A stretch of DNA of 62,549 nt, counting the filler. It is 4 parts of 4 records of this genome, joined end to end, with 100 filler letters (N's around TTAATTAATTAA, not from the genome) between each part and the next. Parts side by side here need not be neighbours in the genome. Positions count along the whole stretch, not along the records: positions 37,026 to 62,549 come from DRR378314_1282; 3 more parts are not named here. One strand, 5' to 3'. Positions 61,430 through 62,549 of this stretch are shown piece after piece (the first letter of the stretch is position 1; each line of letters opens with the position of its first letter). Under the pieces are notes generated by a model that saw nothing but the letters and a program-made list of their open reading frames with translations, had not been told where the DNA came from and did no database searches. The position numbers were made by a program, and so were the translations under genes.

Positions 61430-62549
61430 GTGCGTTGCGCGGAGACGCTTTGTTTGCCCGCGTCGGCACGGCACTTGCACGCTTCGCGCTGTGCGGTTGC
61501 TAGCGTGCCCCCCGTGCCGTTGACACGAGGTGGTGCGCCAGGAGAGCCGAGTGTGCACACGGCCGTGCAGCTCCTCTGCAGCCCTCTGCTCGCCCTAAAC
61601 CCCGAACGGAACGAACTTCATCGTCATCGGCTTCCCTATGAGTGAAGTAATGTCTATGATCGGCTGAAAATAGGAAGCAAAAAGTCCCGCGCTGTGCGCT
61701 GCCTGGGCAGCAAGGCCGCAGTTCGGAGAGTGCGCTGCGGGTTGCTCGCGTGCGGCCCCCGTGCGCGAGTGCGGCGCCGCGGTCCGGCCGCGCGTGCCGC
61801 CTGACGAGTGCTGCTTCCCACAGAGCGCAGTTTGCAGGCTCAGCCGCACATTCGTGAGGATGTAGGCACAATGAGCTCTAGAGAGTATAGTCATCGTACC
61901 CTTTGTATGTCGAGCGCGTTTGTGCGTGCTGCTGCGCCGGGCCCCTTGTTTCGGCTCCGCAGTGTTCGCCGCTGCAGGGCGCGCGGTGCGCTCGCGCGCG
62001 TGCGGGGGATTTGCTTCGAGCAGTGCGAGAGGCCTTCAGGTGCTTTTCTTGCTCTTGCGACGGCAAGCGACCCTCGGGGCACCGTCCTTGGGAATTTCCA
62101 AGAGTGCGGAGCCGCTCTTGCCTCGCTGTAAGGAGTAACACGATTGACTTTTCCATGAATAGAGTATTTCTGTGCGCGAGGTGGTGCCACTGGCACATTC
62201 GGTACAGCAACGCTGCTCTAGCAGGGCAAGGGTTTTGCGTTTGCGGTGCACGTGCGCGTTCGGTCGCTTCTGCGCGTAGCGCACGGCGACTCCGCCCAGC
62301 CACTGCTTTTGGCCGAGGAACATCCTCCCGCCCCGTCCTGGCGTGCAAAACCCTGCTTGTTTCTTTGCCTAGTCAACGTATCCCGCGAGCACAAGTACGC
62401 GAAGCTAGTCTGTACGGCGAATGACCCTGCGCTGCCGAGGGCTGCTACCACCGTTTTCTCCACCCGAACGCTGAACGTAGCGTTTGTGGGAGAATCCGTC
62501 TTCGAAGGGACTGCGGCGCCCCCACTCCTTTGCGCGGCTCTTTTTTCTT

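Noticed and set aside
1-62549. rRNA, tRNA, CRISPR arrays, transposases or integrases
   Set aside because: None recognised by eye; small ncRNAs in introns cannot be excluded without covariance-model searches.

Overview
The window is four unrelated contigs joined by 100-nt artificial linkers (N44-TTAATTAATTAA-N44 at 5572-5671, 14365-14464, 36926-37025). Contig 1 (1-5571) is bacterial, probably alphaproteobacterial: a nitronate-monooxygenase-family gene is divergent from a CoA-dependent catabolic operon (PaaG-like crotonase, CaiB CoA-transferase, two acyl-CoA dehydrogenases, second crotonase). Contigs 2-4 come from a gene-dense, intron-rich microbial eukaryote, so most ORF-track entries are exon fragments or antisense noise. 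Splicing by hand with GT-AG and codon-phase checks recovers CDK7, a FYVE protein (ALFY/WDFY3-like C-terminus), Vps3/TGFBRAP1, TMEM237, SUV3, a small tail-anchored protein, OXR1-like LysM-GRAM-TLDc, urocanase, a TPR membrane protein, PHB2, Mago nashi, ARPC5, an SPPL3-like protease and the start of MCM2. The three most interesting loci are: (1) a 217-aa fusion of an EF-P/eIF5A-like N-terminal domain lacking the modifiable loop to a 4-EF-hand calmodulin/centrin-like domain (10002-12112); (2) a p1/AMTP1 subunit of the MTA1c/AMT1 DNA N6-adenine methyltransferase complex (20396-22465); (3) a large protein with several catalytically degenerate NDK-like modules (50761-57066). All family calls come from motif recognition from memory; no database searches were run.
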